NCBI GenBank assembly: GCA_036268235.1
Contig: DATAUN010000071.1
Location: 1 to 46,983, forward strand
Direction: 5' to 3'
DNA: 46,983 bases
From: Gaiellaceae bacterium
GTDB taxonomy: Bacteria > Actinomycetota > Thermoleophilia > Gaiellales > Gaiellaceae
Shown: one piece after another, positions 8,714 through 17,410 of the stretch
How positions within the stretch are numbered: position 1 is the first letter of the stretch
Layout of the letters: every line of letters starts with the position of its first letter
Translations under genes and position numbers: made by a program
The notes under the pieces: model-generated
Told to the model about the DNA's origin: nothing
Seen by the model: only the letters and a program-made list of their open reading frames with translations
Databases searched by the model: none

Positions 8714-9361
8714 CTAGAACAGGCCGAGCTGGACCGGCTGTTCCGGAGCCGCGTCGACCACGGGCTCCGGCTCGGGCGGCGGAGCAACGGCGATGCCGAG
8801 CAGCTCCGGGATGCGCGCAAAATCCTCCTGGAGCACCTGGAGCATCCGCGGCGTGTACAGCGCGGCAGCGGGATGGAAGATCGGATAGAGCGTCACCGGG
8901 TTGCCGCCGAGCACGACGTCCTGCCGGCGGCCGTGCACCTGCGTGATCCCGTTCGGGCGGCCCGACAGGAGCTTCGTCGCGAAGTTGCCGAGCGTGCAGA
9001 TGAGCTTCGGCTGGATCAGCTCGATCTGCCGCCAGAGATGCGGCTCGCAGGACTCGATCTCCTCCGGCAGCGGGTCGCGATTGCCGGGCGGGCGGCACTT
9101 CAAGACGTTGGCGATGTAGACGTCGTCGCGGCTGAGGCCGATCCCGTCGAGGAGCTTCGAGAGCAGCTGCCCGGCCGCGCCGACGAACGGCACGCCCTGC
9201 TTGTCCTCGTGGAAGCCGGGCGCCTCGCCGACGAACATCAGGTCGGCGTCGGGCGAGCCCGAGCCGAAGACCACCTGCGTGCGTCCCTCCGCGAGGGCGC
9301 ATTTCGTGCAGCCGGCGACGACGTCGCCGTACGCGAGGAGCGAGAGGTCAGCAGCAGCCAC
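8714..9361 (-). CDS. Uracil-DNA glycosylase, family 4 (Fe-S type)
   Basis: Motif A FVGEAPGFHEDKQGVPFVG, motif B HPAAAL, and Cys ligand contexts CTKC, VLKCRPP and CEPHL. Confidence 0.9.
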   Translation of the reverse strand: MAAADLSLLAYGDVVAGCTKCALAEGRTQVVFGSGSPDADLMFVGEAPGFHEDKQGVPFVGAAGQLLSKLLDGIGLSRDDVYIANVLKCRPPGNRDPLPEEIESCEPHLWRQIELIQPKLICTLGNFATKLLSGRPNGITQVHGRRQDVVLGGNPVTLYPIFHPAAALYTPRMLQVLQEDFARIPELLGIAVAPPPEPEPVVDAAPEQPVQLGLF

Positions 9362-9554
9362 AGGAACCGCCGCAACAGCCGCCGCTACCGAAGCTGGGCT
9401 GCCCGGAGGTGCCGTGTGCCGCGAACGAGGTGCTGAACTGCTTGGCGACCTTCTGGTTGCCGCAGTCCGGGCAGACCGGGTCGGGATCGGACATCCCGAC
9501 GAGCTCCTCGAAATGTGATTCGCAGCTCATGCAGACGTAGTCGTAGATCGGCAT
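9348..9554 (-). CDS. FmdB-family zinc-ribbon protein (CxxC_CxxC_SSSS) with a Gly/Cys-rich tail
   Basis: MPIYDYVCMSCESHFEELV...PVCPDCG, and the tail GSGGCCGGSCGCC. 68 aa from the ATG at 9554. The longer track ORF 9348..9944 has an implausible N-terminus. Confidence 0.8.
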   Translation of the reverse strand: MPIYDYVCMSCESHFEELVGMSDPDPVCPDCGNQKVAKQFSTSFAAHGTSGQPSFGSGGCCGGSCGCC

Positions 9555-9642
9555 GTGGGAAGACCCTAGCACCGGCATCTTGGCACTCAGGCCGGATAGA
9601 CTCCCCGGTGCCCGGTACCCGCGAGGGACTGGAGCATTCGAC

Positions 9643-10293
9643 ATGTTCGAAGACGTCACCGTCATCGGCGCCGGGCGCGCCGGCACGGCAATCGCCGCGC
9701 GATTGCGCGAGCGAGGCGTCCGCCTGCGCGACGGCGCCGAGCTCCGGCTGCTGTGCGTGCCCGACCGCGCGATCGCGGAGGTGGCGAGCGCGATCGAGCC
9801 CGGCCCGTGGGTTGCGCACGTCTCCGGAGCCACACCGCTTGCGGCGCTCGCTCCGCACACGAGGCGCTTCTCGGTCCATCCGCTACAGACGCTCGTCGCC
9901 TCGCGCGGGCCCGAGCAGCTCGACGGCGCCTTCGGCGGCGTCACCGCCGAGGACGACGACGCGCATGCCCGTGCGCTCTGGCTCGCCGAGACGCTCGGCC
10001 TGAAGCCGTTCGAGCTCGCGGACGATCGCCGCGTCCTCTACCACGCCGGCTGTGCGGTCGCCTCGAACTTCCTCGTGACGCTGTACCGCGTCGCCTCCGA
10101 GCTCGTCGCCCAGGCCGGCGCGCCACCGGAAGCGCTCGTGCCGCTGATGGAGCGCACGATCCAGAACGGGTTCGAGCTCACCGGCCCGATCGCGCGCGGC
10201 GACTGGGAAACGGTCGAGCGCCACCGCGAGGCGCTTCGCGGCAGCGACCTCGCGACGTTCTACGACTTCCTCGCCGGAGCGACGCGGCCGTGA
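9643..10293 (+). CDS. Rossmann-like / DUF2520 domain protein (commonly found upstream of panC in Actinobacteria)
   Basis: VTVIGAGRAGTAIA dinucleotide-binding motif. DUF2520-like YHAGCAVASNFLVTL and GPIARGD. GGAG lies 7-10 nt upstream of the ATG at 9643. Confidence 0.7.
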   Translation: MFEDVTVIGAGRAGTAIAARLRERGVRLRDGAELRLLCVPDRAIAEVASAIEPGPWVAHVSGATPLAALAPHTRRFSVHPLQTLVASRGPEQLDGAFGGVTAEDDDAHARALWLAETLGLKPFELADDRRVLYHAGCAVASNFLVTLYRVASELVAQAGAPPEALVPLMERTIQNGFELTGPIARGDWETVERHREALRGSDLATFYDFLAGATRP

Positions 10294-11051
10294 TCGTCGT
10301 CCGCTCGATCGCGGAGCTCGATCTGCCGCGCCACGGCGTCCTCGGGCTCGTGCCGACGATGGGCGCGATCCACGACGGGCACGCCGCGCTCTTCCGCGCC
10401 GCCCGCCCCGAGTGCGACGTGCTCGTCGCGAGCCTCTTCGTCAACCCCGCGCAGTTCGCCGAAGCGGCGGATCTCGACGCGTATCCGCGCGACTTCGACC
10501 GGGACGCGGAACGCGCGGCCGCGGAAGGCGTCGATGTGCTCTTCGCACCGCCGGCGGCCGAGATGTACCCGCCCGGCTTCGCAACCTGGGTCGACCCCGC
10601 GGGTGCAGCCGACGGGCTCGAGGGCGAGCATCGCCCCGGCCACTTCCGCGGCGTCGCGACGGTCTGCGTGAAGCTCTTCAACGTCGTCCGCCCGCAGGTT
10701 GCGTGGTTCGGCCGCAAGGACGCGCAGCAGGTCGCAGTCGTGAAGCAGCTCGTCCGCGACCTGAACATCCCGGTCGAGATCCGCGTCGTCGACACCGTGC
10801 GCGATCCGGACGGGCTCGCGCTCTCATCGCGCAACGCGCGGCTCTCGGCTGAAGAGCGCGCGCAGGCGCTCGCGATCCCGCGCGCACTCGCGACCCACGA
10901 CGCCGGGAGCGCGCGCGCCGTCCTTGCCGCCGCAGGCCTCGACCCCGACTACGTCGCCGTCGCCGACCTCGACGGCCCCACCCTCGCCATCGCAGCGCGC
11001 GTCGGCCCGACGCGCCTGATCGACAACGTTCTCCTGGAAGGAGCGTCATGA
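10290..11051 (+). CDS. panC: Pantoate--beta-alanine ligase
   Basis: LVPTMGAIHDGHAAL, FVNPAQF, RPGHFRGVATVV-like, and FGRKDAQQ. GTG at 10290 overlaps the upstream stop (GTGA). Confidence 0.9.
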   Translation: MIVVRSIAELDLPRHGVLGLVPTMGAIHDGHAALFRAARPECDVLVASLFVNPAQFAEAADLDAYPRDFDRDAERAAAEGVDVLFAPPAAEMYPPGFATWVDPAGAADGLEGEHRPGHFRGVATVCVKLFNVVRPQVAWFGRKDAQQVAVVKQLVRDLNIPVEIRVVDTVRDPDGLALSSRNARLSAEERAQALAIPRALATHDAGSARAVLAAAGLDPDYVAVADLDGPTLAIAARVGPTRLIDNVLLEGAS

Positions 11052-11935
11052 GCACCCGCCCGCGCACGCCCGCGCCTTCGACCCCCGCCCCCGGCAAGCT
11101 GCCGCTGCCGGAGCTCGCCGAGATGAAGAGCCGCGGCGACAAGATCGTGATGATCACCGCCTACGACGCACCGGCCGCTCGGATCGCGGACGAGTCGGGC
11201 GTCGAGCTGATCCTCGTCGGCGACACCGCGGCGATGGTGATGCTCGGCCACGAGTCGACGGTGCCGGTGACGCTCGACGAGATGATCTTTCTCACACGTG
11301 CGGTCACGCGCGCGGCCCGCCATCCGCTCGTCATCGGCGACCTGCCGTTCGGCACGTACGAGATCTCCGACGAGCAGGCCGTCGGCAGCGCGATTCGCAT
11401 GATCAAGGAAGGCGGCGCCGACGTCGTCAAGCTCGAAGGCGCGGGCCGCATGGTGGGCCGCGTGCGCGCAATCGCCGAATCGAACATCGGCGTCATGGGC
11501 CACATCGGGCTGACGCCCCAGTCGGCGACGAAGCTCGGCGGCTTCAAGGCGCAGGGTCGTACCTCCGACACGGCGAAGCGGCTCTACGACGACGCGCTCG
11601 CGCTGCAGGAGGCGGGCGCGTTCGCAGTCGTGCTCGAGGCCGTGCCGGCGCCGATCGCCGCGCGCATCTCGCAGGCGCTCACGATCCCGACGATCGGCAT
11701 CGGCGCCGGCGCGGGCACGGACGGGCAGGTGCTCGTGTGGCACGACATGCTCGGCATGTACGACGGCCGCACGCCGCGCTTCGTGAAGCGCTATGCCAAC
11801 ATCGCGCAGGAGATCGGCGACGCGGTCGCGCAGTACGCGCACGAGGTTCGCACCGGTGCGTTCCCGGAGGACCAGCACTGCTACTCGATCACGACTGCGG
11901 AGCTCGGCGAGTTCGAGAAGGCCGTGCGACACTGA
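11048..11935 (+). CDS. panB: 3-methyl-2-oxobutanoate hydroxymethyltransferase
   Basis: IVMITAYDAP, LVGDTAAMVMLGH, DLPFGTY, ADVVKLEG, GHIGLTPQS. ATGA overlap with panC. Confidence 0.95.
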   Translation: MSTRPRTPAPSTPAPGKLPLPELAEMKSRGDKIVMITAYDAPAARIADESGVELILVGDTAAMVMLGHESTVPVTLDEMIFLTRAVTRAARHPLVIGDLPFGTYEISDEQAVGSAIRMIKEGGADVVKLEGAGRMVGRVRAIAESNIGVMGHIGLTPQSATKLGGFKAQGRTSDTAKRLYDDALALQEAGAFAVVLEAVPAPIAARISQALTIPTIGIGAGAGTDGQVLVWHDMLGMYDGRTPRFVKRYANIAQEIGDAVAQYAHEVRTGAFPEDQHCYSITTAELGEFEKAVRH

Positions 11936-11939
11936 ACGC

Positions 11940-12719
11940 GTGCGCGTCGCAGCTCTCGGGCTCGTGCTGTGCTCGCTGCTCCTCGCCGCGTCGGCGAGCG
12001 CAGACGGTGACCCGGCGAGCGACTATCTGATCCAGCAGGACGTCTTCCTGCCCTACCCGCCGCCGCCGGCGAGTGCGTCGAAGCAGCTGAACGCGGCCGT
12101 CGCCACCGTTGCGGCGAAGGGCGACCGCGTGAAGGTTGCGGTGATCGCGACCGCGCAGGATCTCGGCTCGGTACCGGGCCTCTTCGGGCAACCGCAGGCC
12201 TACGCGAAGTTCCTCGGGACGGAGCTCGCGTTCGTCTACAAGGGGCCGCTGCTGATCGTCATGCCCGCCGGGCTCGGCTTCTACGACAACGGCGCCGCCG
12301 GGGCGACGCTCACGGGCGAGCACGTCTCAGGCCCGAGCGCCGCCGACCTGACGACGTCGGCGGCGACGGTCGTCGGCGCGCTCGAGCGTGCAGGGGCGCT
12401 CCACTACAAGGACACCTTCAAGCCGACCGCGTCGGTGACACCCGAGACCGGCACGGCCGGCAAAACGCTGCTCCTCCGCTACCAGGCCTGGGACGACAGC
12501 GGCAGCGTCCGCCTCACGCTCCAGGTCGACACCGCCGCGAACCGGCAGCTCGCCGCGTTCACGGTCCCGTTCCGCACCGTGCGCGAGGGCGCGTGGTACG
12601 GCGTGCCCTGGAAGATCCCGCAAAACGAGGCGCACAAGGCGCTCGTTCTCTGCGTCCGCGCCACCGACCACGCCGGGAATCGCAGCAACACAACCTGCGC
12701 GAAGCTCTCCGTGCTCTAA
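11940..12719 (+). CDS. Secreted protein of unknown function, paralog A (N-terminal domain shared with 15591..16217)
   Basis: GTG start 4 nt after the panB stop. Signal peptide ...LLLAASASA then DGDPASDYL. About 95-aa block alignable to the 15591 protein (DGDPASD, V.VA.I, DLGSV/DMGSV, PQ.YAKFLG/ARFLG, FVYK, L..VMP.G). High GC3. Confidence 0.65.
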   Translation: MRVAALGLVLCSLLLAASASADGDPASDYLIQQDVFLPYPPPPASASKQLNAAVATVAAKGDRVKVAVIATAQDLGSVPGLFGQPQAYAKFLGTELAFVYKGPLLIVMPAGLGFYDNGAAGATLTGEHVSGPSAADLTTSAATVVGALERAGALHYKDTFKPTASVTPETGTAGKTLLLRYQAWDDSGSVRLTLQVDTAANRQLAAFTVPFRTVREGAWYGVPWKIPQNEAHKALVLCVRATDHAGNRSNTTCAKLSVL

Positions 12720-12722
12720 CCT

Positions 12723-13313
12723 ATGAGCGTGCGCCCGCGCTCGAGCGGCCTACTTCTCGTCCCGGCGGCTGCGCTGGTCGTTCACCAGGCGCGCTACACG
12801 CTTGCCTACGGCTCACACGCGAACGCGGAGCTCGCCGCGCAGGGGCACTCGTACCTCAACTCGGTGATCCCGTGGACGATCCTCGCGCTCGGCCTCGGCG
12901 CCTCCGCGTTCCTGCACCGCCTCGCGCGGACCACGCGCACGGGCGACCACGGGCGGTTCAGCCGCGTCTCGGCTCCCGCACTGTGGCTGCTCACGACCGC
13001 CGGCTTGATCGCGATCTACTCGATCCAGGAAACGCTCGAGGGGATGATGATCTCCGGCCATCCCGGCGGCGTCGCCGGTGTCTTCGGCCACGGCGGCTGG
13101 TGGGCCGTTCCCGTCGCCGCACTCGTCTCGGTCGCGGTCGTCGCGCTCCTGCAGGTCGGACGCGCAATGCTGCGGCTCGCGGTCGGGCTCGCGCCGCCGC
13201 ACGCGCGCGAAACGCTCGCTCGCCTTCTCTTCCCGGTCGCCCCCATGCTGCTCGTGCCCGCGCCGCTCGCGCGCGCGGCCGCGGGCCGGGCGCCTCCGCA
13301 CGTTCGCAGCTGA
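12723..13313 (+). CDS. Integral membrane protein, unknown function (about 4 TM segments)
   Basis: Hydrophobic segments LLLVPAAALVV, IPWTILALGLGASAFL, ALWLLTTAGLIAIYSI, WWAVPVAALVSVAVVALL. 3-nt gap to the upstream gene. Confidence 0.6.
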   Translation: MSVRPRSSGLLLVPAAALVVHQARYTLAYGSHANAELAAQGHSYLNSVIPWTILALGLGASAFLHRLARTTRTGDHGRFSRVSAPALWLLTTAGLIAIYSIQETLEGMMISGHPGGVAGVFGHGGWWAVPVAALVSVAVVALLQVGRAMLRLAVGLAPPHARETLARLLFPVAPMLLVPAPLARAAAGRAPPHVRS

Positions 13314-13343
13314 CGTAGTTCCTGCGAACACCGAAGGAGGCTC

Positions 13344-14258
13344 GTGAAACGAGGCACGATCGTGCTGCTGCTCGCCTGCGTGACACTCGCGCTACCTGCG
13401 CGTGCGTCGGCGCACGCGCGCTCGGCGACGGTCGCCCTCGACTACCGCCTCGTGCTCGACCGGGAAACGCGTTCGCTGCCCGGTGTCACGGTCGGCATCC
13501 TCGACGGGGACCGCTCGCTGCACGTCGTGACGCACGGCTCGACGATCGTCGTCGACGGCGATCTCGGCGAGTCGATGCTGCGCATCGGCCCGGCGGGCGT
13601 CTGGGTCAACCAGGCGTCGGTGACCGCAGCGGCCGAGAAGCTCGCGACCGCCGGCCACGGCTGGAAGAAGCTCTCGTCGGCGACGGCGTACACATGGCAC
13701 GAGCACCGCCTCGCTCCGCCGCCCTGGCAGTCGCGCACCGGCGCCGTCGCGCAGTTCGCGATCGCCGCGAAGATCGACGGGAAGCGCGCGCAGATCGGAG
13801 GGACGTTCGTCCGCTACTCGCGTCCCGTGATGTGGCCCTGGCTCGGCGCCGCACTCGCATTCGCGGCGCTCGTTGTGCTCGCGCTCCGGCTCGGTCGGCC
13901 GTTGACAACCGCGCTCGGTGCGCTCGCCGGCCTCGCCGCGCTCGCGTCGCTCGTCGCCTTCTCGGTCGCGGACGCGCCGAACGGCCGCGTCGCGTGGGTG
14001 CAGATCGTGCTCGGAATCGGACTTGGCGCGGCGATGTACGGCGCGCTCGTCCGCGCGCACGGACCGCGGCGATCTGCGATCGCCGGCCTGCTCGGAGGCG
14101 CTGCGGCTGCCGTCAGCCTCGGCTCGCTCGGCGTCTTCCGCCACGGCGTCGTCATCTCGGCGCTGCCGGCGACAGCGAGTCGCATCCTCGTGGAGATCGC
14201 GTTCATCGCCGGCGTCGCCGCAGCCGCGACGAGTCTGCGCAGGGAGAGCCTCCGGTGA
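13344..14258 (+). CDS. Signal-peptide protein with a ~150-aa extracytoplasmic domain followed by a polytopic membrane domain. Predicted mature N-terminus is His.
   Basis: MKRGTIVLLLACVTLALPARASA|HARSATV. GAAGGAGG lies upstream of the GTG. The C-terminal half has at least 4 hydrophobic helices (WPWLGAALAFAALVVLAL, ALGALAGLAALASLVAF, WVQIVLGIGLGAAMYGAL, and others). Confidence 0.65.
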   Translation: MKRGTIVLLLACVTLALPARASAHARSATVALDYRLVLDRETRSLPGVTVGILDGDRSLHVVTHGSTIVVDGDLGESMLRIGPAGVWVNQASVTAAAEKLATAGHGWKKLSSATAYTWHEHRLAPPPWQSRTGAVAQFAIAAKIDGKRAQIGGTFVRYSRPVMWPWLGAALAFAALVVLALRLGRPLTTALGALAGLAALASLVAFSVADAPNGRVAWVQIVLGIGLGAAMYGALVRAHGPRRSAIAGLLGGAAAAVSLGSLGVFRHGVVISALPATASRILVEIAFIAGVAAAATSLRRESLR

Positions 14259-14746
14259 TCGCCTCGGCTCCCGGCCCCATCCATCCGTGGCCGATCGGCG
14301 TCGGCCCGCGCTACCAGCCCGCGGCGGCGAACGTCGCCGTGCTCGACGGCCGGCGCGTCGACGGGATGCAGTGCGCGAATGGAAAGCGGTTCGCGGTGCA
14401 CCTCGAGCTGTTCGCAAATCGCCGAGTCGCGATCGTGCCGCGCGGAGTCGGCGTCGCGCGCAGCGGGTGCCGCTACCCGCTCTCGACCAACGCTCCGACC
14501 GGCGTCGTCCAAGTGCTCGAGAGCCGCAACGCGACGCTCGCAGATGTGTTCCGCATCTGGGGCCGCGCGCTCTCGCCGGTGCAGCTGCTCTCGTTCCGCG
14601 GCCCCGTCTCCGTGTTCGTCGACGGCAAGCGCTTCACCGGGAAACCGGGGACGGTGCCGCTGACGAAACACGCGGAGATCGTCGTCGAGGTCGGCGGCCA
14701 CGTCGCCCCACACGTGAACTACCTCTTCCCGAAAGGAGTCGGATGA
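14255..14746 (+). CDS. Hypothetical protein (163 aa), no obvious signal peptide
   Basis: GTG at 14255 overlaps the upstream stop (GTGA). High GC3. Pattern FAVHLELFANRRVAIVPRGVGV...LADVFRIWG...VFVDGKRFTG recalls an uncharacterised family I cannot name. The start is uncertain. Confidence 0.5.
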   Translation: MIASAPGPIHPWPIGVGPRYQPAAANVAVLDGRRVDGMQCANGKRFAVHLELFANRRVAIVPRGVGVARSGCRYPLSTNAPTGVVQVLESRNATLADVFRIWGRALSPVQLLSFRGPVSVFVDGKRFTGKPGTVPLTKHAEIVVEVGGHVAPHVNYLFPKGVG

Positions 14747-15594
14747 CCCGGCGCTTGCTCGTCCTGTTCGTTCCGGCGCTGCTCCTGACAGCGTGCGGTG
14801 GCGGCTCGTCCCCGACGTCGGGCGGGCTGCCGACGATCGAGGCCGCAAAGCAGTTCACACTCACGCAGTTCACACCGTCGGCGGCCGTCGTCGCCGGGAA
14901 GCCGGTTCGCGTCTCGTTCGTGATCCAGCAGCCAAATGGCAAGCCGTTGACGCAGTTCAAGCGCGGCGCGGGGCCGCACACCGGCGTGCACCTGATCATC
15001 GTGCGCCGCGACCTCGCAACGATCATCCACACACACCCGCCGATCGCGCCCGACGGGACGATCGCGACGACGGTGACGTTCACGAAACCGGGCCCGTACC
15101 GCGTCGTCGTCGATGCGTATCCCAAGAACGCACTCGAGCCGAACTTCCAGCTGTTCACGTCGCTGCGCGTCGCCGGGACGTACACGCCGAAGAAGCTGCC
15201 GCCGTACTCGCCGAGCGACAAGGTCGACGGCTACACGATCACGCTGCTCGGGAAGCCGGACCTGCACGCGATCCAGGCCGACTACCTGCATGCGACGGTG
15301 ACTGCGCCGGACGGGAAGCCGGCGACGTTCACGCCGTGGTTCGGCGCTCTCGCGCACGCGATCTTCTTCCGTAACGGCTCGCTCGACTACTTCCACACGC
15401 ATATCTGCTCGCCGAGCGAGACCGCCTGCGCGGCGACGGTCGGCAGCACGCGCATCGCGGGCACCTCCTCGACGCCGGGGAAGCTGAAGATCGGCGTGCT
15501 CGTCCCCGAAGCCGGGACGTGGGAGCTGTTCCTCCAGTGCCGCGTCGACGGGCACATCCTCACCGCGCCCTTCACGCTGGACGTGAAGCCGTGA
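14743..15594 (+). CDS. Lipoprotein with two tandem His-motif beta-sandwich-like repeats (putative metal-binding)
   Basis: Lipobox LLLTAC. Repeat 1 is GVHLIIVRRDLATIIHTHPP...PGPYRVVVDAYP. Repeat 2 is AHAIFFRNGSLDYFHTHICSP...AGTWELFLQCRVDG. ATGA overlap with the upstream gene. Confidence 0.7.
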   Translation: MTRRLLVLFVPALLLTACGGGSSPTSGGLPTIEAAKQFTLTQFTPSAAVVAGKPVRVSFVIQQPNGKPLTQFKRGAGPHTGVHLIIVRRDLATIIHTHPPIAPDGTIATTVTFTKPGPYRVVVDAYPKNALEPNFQLFTSLRVAGTYTPKKLPPYSPSDKVDGYTITLLGKPDLHAIQADYLHATVTAPDGKPATFTPWFGALAHAIFFRNGSLDYFHTHICSPSETACAATVGSTRIAGTSSTPGKLKIGVLVPEAGTWELFLQCRVDGHILTAPFTLDVKP

Positions 15595-16217
15595 GGCTGA
15601 TTGCCGCCCTCCTCGTCGTCGCAGCGCTCGCCGTTCCGGCGGCGGCGCGCGCCGACGGCGATCCCGCGAGCGACTGGCTGCTCACGCAGGCGACGTTCGT
15701 GCCGCAGGACGACGGCGTCCCCACCGCGTATGCCCAGCAACTGCAGGCCGTGGTCGCCGATGCGAAGGCGCGCGGCTACGTCATCCGCGTCGCGCTGATC
15801 GGGACGGAGTACGACATGGGGTCTGTGTACTCGCGCTGGCGGCAGCCACAGCCGTACGCGCGCTTCCTCGGCCAGGAGCTCTACTTCGTCTACAAGAAGC
15901 GACTGCTCGTCGTGATGCCGAACGGACTCGCCGTCACCAACGGCGGCAAGGTCGACCCGACCGAGCAGGCTGTGGTCGACCGGATCCCGCCGCCGGTTGC
16001 GAATCACGCGGCGCTCGCGTCTGCCGCGACGAACGCGGTGATCAAGCTCGCCGCGAACGCGGGAATCGTCCTGACGACACCAACGCTCGGCAAGACGACT
16101 TCGGGAACCTCGGAGAACCAGGACCGGGTGGTGATCGCGGCGGTGGCACTCGTCGTTGCGGCATTGCTGGTTGCCGGCGGCTTCCTCCGCAAGCGACGAA
16201 AGGCGGCGGTCCGTTGA
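15591..16217 (+). CDS. Secreted/anchored protein of unknown function, paralog B (same N-terminal domain as 11940..12719, plus a C-terminal TM anchor)
   Basis: Signal ...AVPAAARA then DGDPASDWL. Conserved blocks as in paralog A. C-terminal VVIAAVALVVAALLVAGGFLRKRRK. GTGA overlap upstream and TTGA overlap with sco downstream. Confidence 0.65.
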   Translation: MRLIAALLVVAALAVPAAARADGDPASDWLLTQATFVPQDDGVPTAYAQQLQAVVADAKARGYVIRVALIGTEYDMGSVYSRWRQPQPYARFLGQELYFVYKKRLLVVMPNGLAVTNGGKVDPTEQAVVDRIPPPVANHAALASAATNAVIKLAANAGIVLTTPTLGKTTSGTSENQDRVVIAAVALVVAALLVAGGFLRKRRKAAVR

Positions 16218-16798
16218 AGAAGCTCCTGCTCATACTCGCGGCCGGGGCGCTCTGCGCAGGCTGCGGCAGCTCATCGCCCGCGTCTGTGACGACGCCGACG
16301 CACCCGCCCGCGCCGCAGAACGACGGCGCGATCATCCAGGCAGCACCCGCGCCGGCGTTCAGCCTGCGCGACCAGTCGGGACGGCTCGTCGGCCCGCAGC
16401 AGGACCGCGGCCACTGGACGATCGTCACGTTCCTCTACACGCATTGCCCCGACGTCTGCCCGCTCGTCACGAACCAGCTCGCGGCCGCGCAGCGCGTGAG
16501 CCCCGACCTGCGCGTGATCGCGGTCAGCGTCGACCCCAAGCGCGACACACCGGCGGCCGTCAAGCACTTCCTCGCCATCCACCACACCGGCCCGCGCTTC
16601 CGGTACGTGGTCGGCTCGACCGCAGCGCTCGAGCACGTGTGGGCGCTGTACCACGTCGCCTCCGTCGCCGGCCCAAACGGAACGGTCACGCACAGCACCT
16701 ACGAGATCCTCATCGACCCGAAGGGACGCGAGCGCGTCTTCTTCGACTCGAAGGTCGCCGCACACGACGTCACCTCGATGCTCAAGCGCCTCGCCTAA
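16214..16798 (+). CDS. SCO1/SenC-family copper chaperone / thiol-disulfide oxidoreductase lipoprotein
   Basis: Lipobox LCAGCG. FLYTHCPDVCP (CxxxC) and the downstream H of the Cu site (VTHST). SVDPKRDTP. Confidence 0.9.
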   Translation: MKKLLLILAAGALCAGCGSSSPASVTTPTHPPAPQNDGAIIQAAPAPAFSLRDQSGRLVGPQQDRGHWTIVTFLYTHCPDVCPLVTNQLAAAQRVSPDLRVIAVSVDPKRDTPAAVKHFLAIHHTGPRFRYVVGSTAALEHVWALYHVASVAGPNGTVTHSTYEILIDPKGRERVFFDSKVAAHDVTSMLKRLA

Positions 16799-16810
16799 AG
16801 GAGAAGCACC

Positions 16811-17410
16811 ATGCCCAGCCGCACCAGACTGATCGCCATCGCCGCCGTGTGCGGCATCGCACTCGCGCTCGCGAGCTCGGCGTTCGCGCATGCGCGTCTC
16901 AGCCCGCCTGTGTCTGTCTCCGGGCAGCTGCAGCTCTACAGCCTCGCCGTCCCGACGGAGAAGGCGAACCTGAAGACGACGAAGATCGTCCTGACCGTCC
17001 CGGCCGGCTTCGGCATCGACTCGTTCGTGCCGCCGCCCACGGGCTGGACGCAGCAGATCCAGCAGACGGGCTCCGGCGACAGCGCAGTCGTGCAAAAGGT
17101 GACCTGGACCGGCGGCAACGTGCCGACCGGCGAGGACTCGCTGTTCCAGTTCCTCGCGCAACCTGCGAAGTCGGGCACGTACACGTTTGACGTGCAGCAG
17201 ACCTACTCGGACGGCTCGATCGTCGACTGGAACCAGGCCGAGTCCGGCGCGAACCCGGCGCCGGCGATCCAGGCGAAGAGCTCGCTCGGCGGCGGCGGGA
17301 CACCGACGCTGACGATCGTCGCGCTCGTTCTCGGTGCGCTCGGGATCCTGATCGGCGGCGTCGCGCTGCTCGGCCGCGGTAGTGGTGGCGGAGGCCGGCA
17401 GCTCGCATGA
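16811..17410 (+). CDS. ycnI: YcnI-family (DUF1775) copper-binding protein with a C-terminal TM anchor
   Basis: Signal ...ASSAFA|HARLSP (N-terminal His after cleavage). Pattern VPTE..., W.G, Q.YSDGS.V.W. TM segment LTIVALVLGALGILIGGVALL. AAAGGAG RBS. Confidence 0.85.
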   Translation: MPSRTRLIAIAAVCGIALALASSAFAHARLSPPVSVSGQLQLYSLAVPTEKANLKTTKIVLTVPAGFGIDSFVPPPTGWTQQIQQTGSGDSAVVQKVTWTGGNVPTGEDSLFQFLAQPAKSGTYTFDVQQTYSDGSIVDWNQAESGANPAPAIQAKSSLGGGGTPTLTIVALVLGALGILIGGVALLGRGSGGGGRQLA

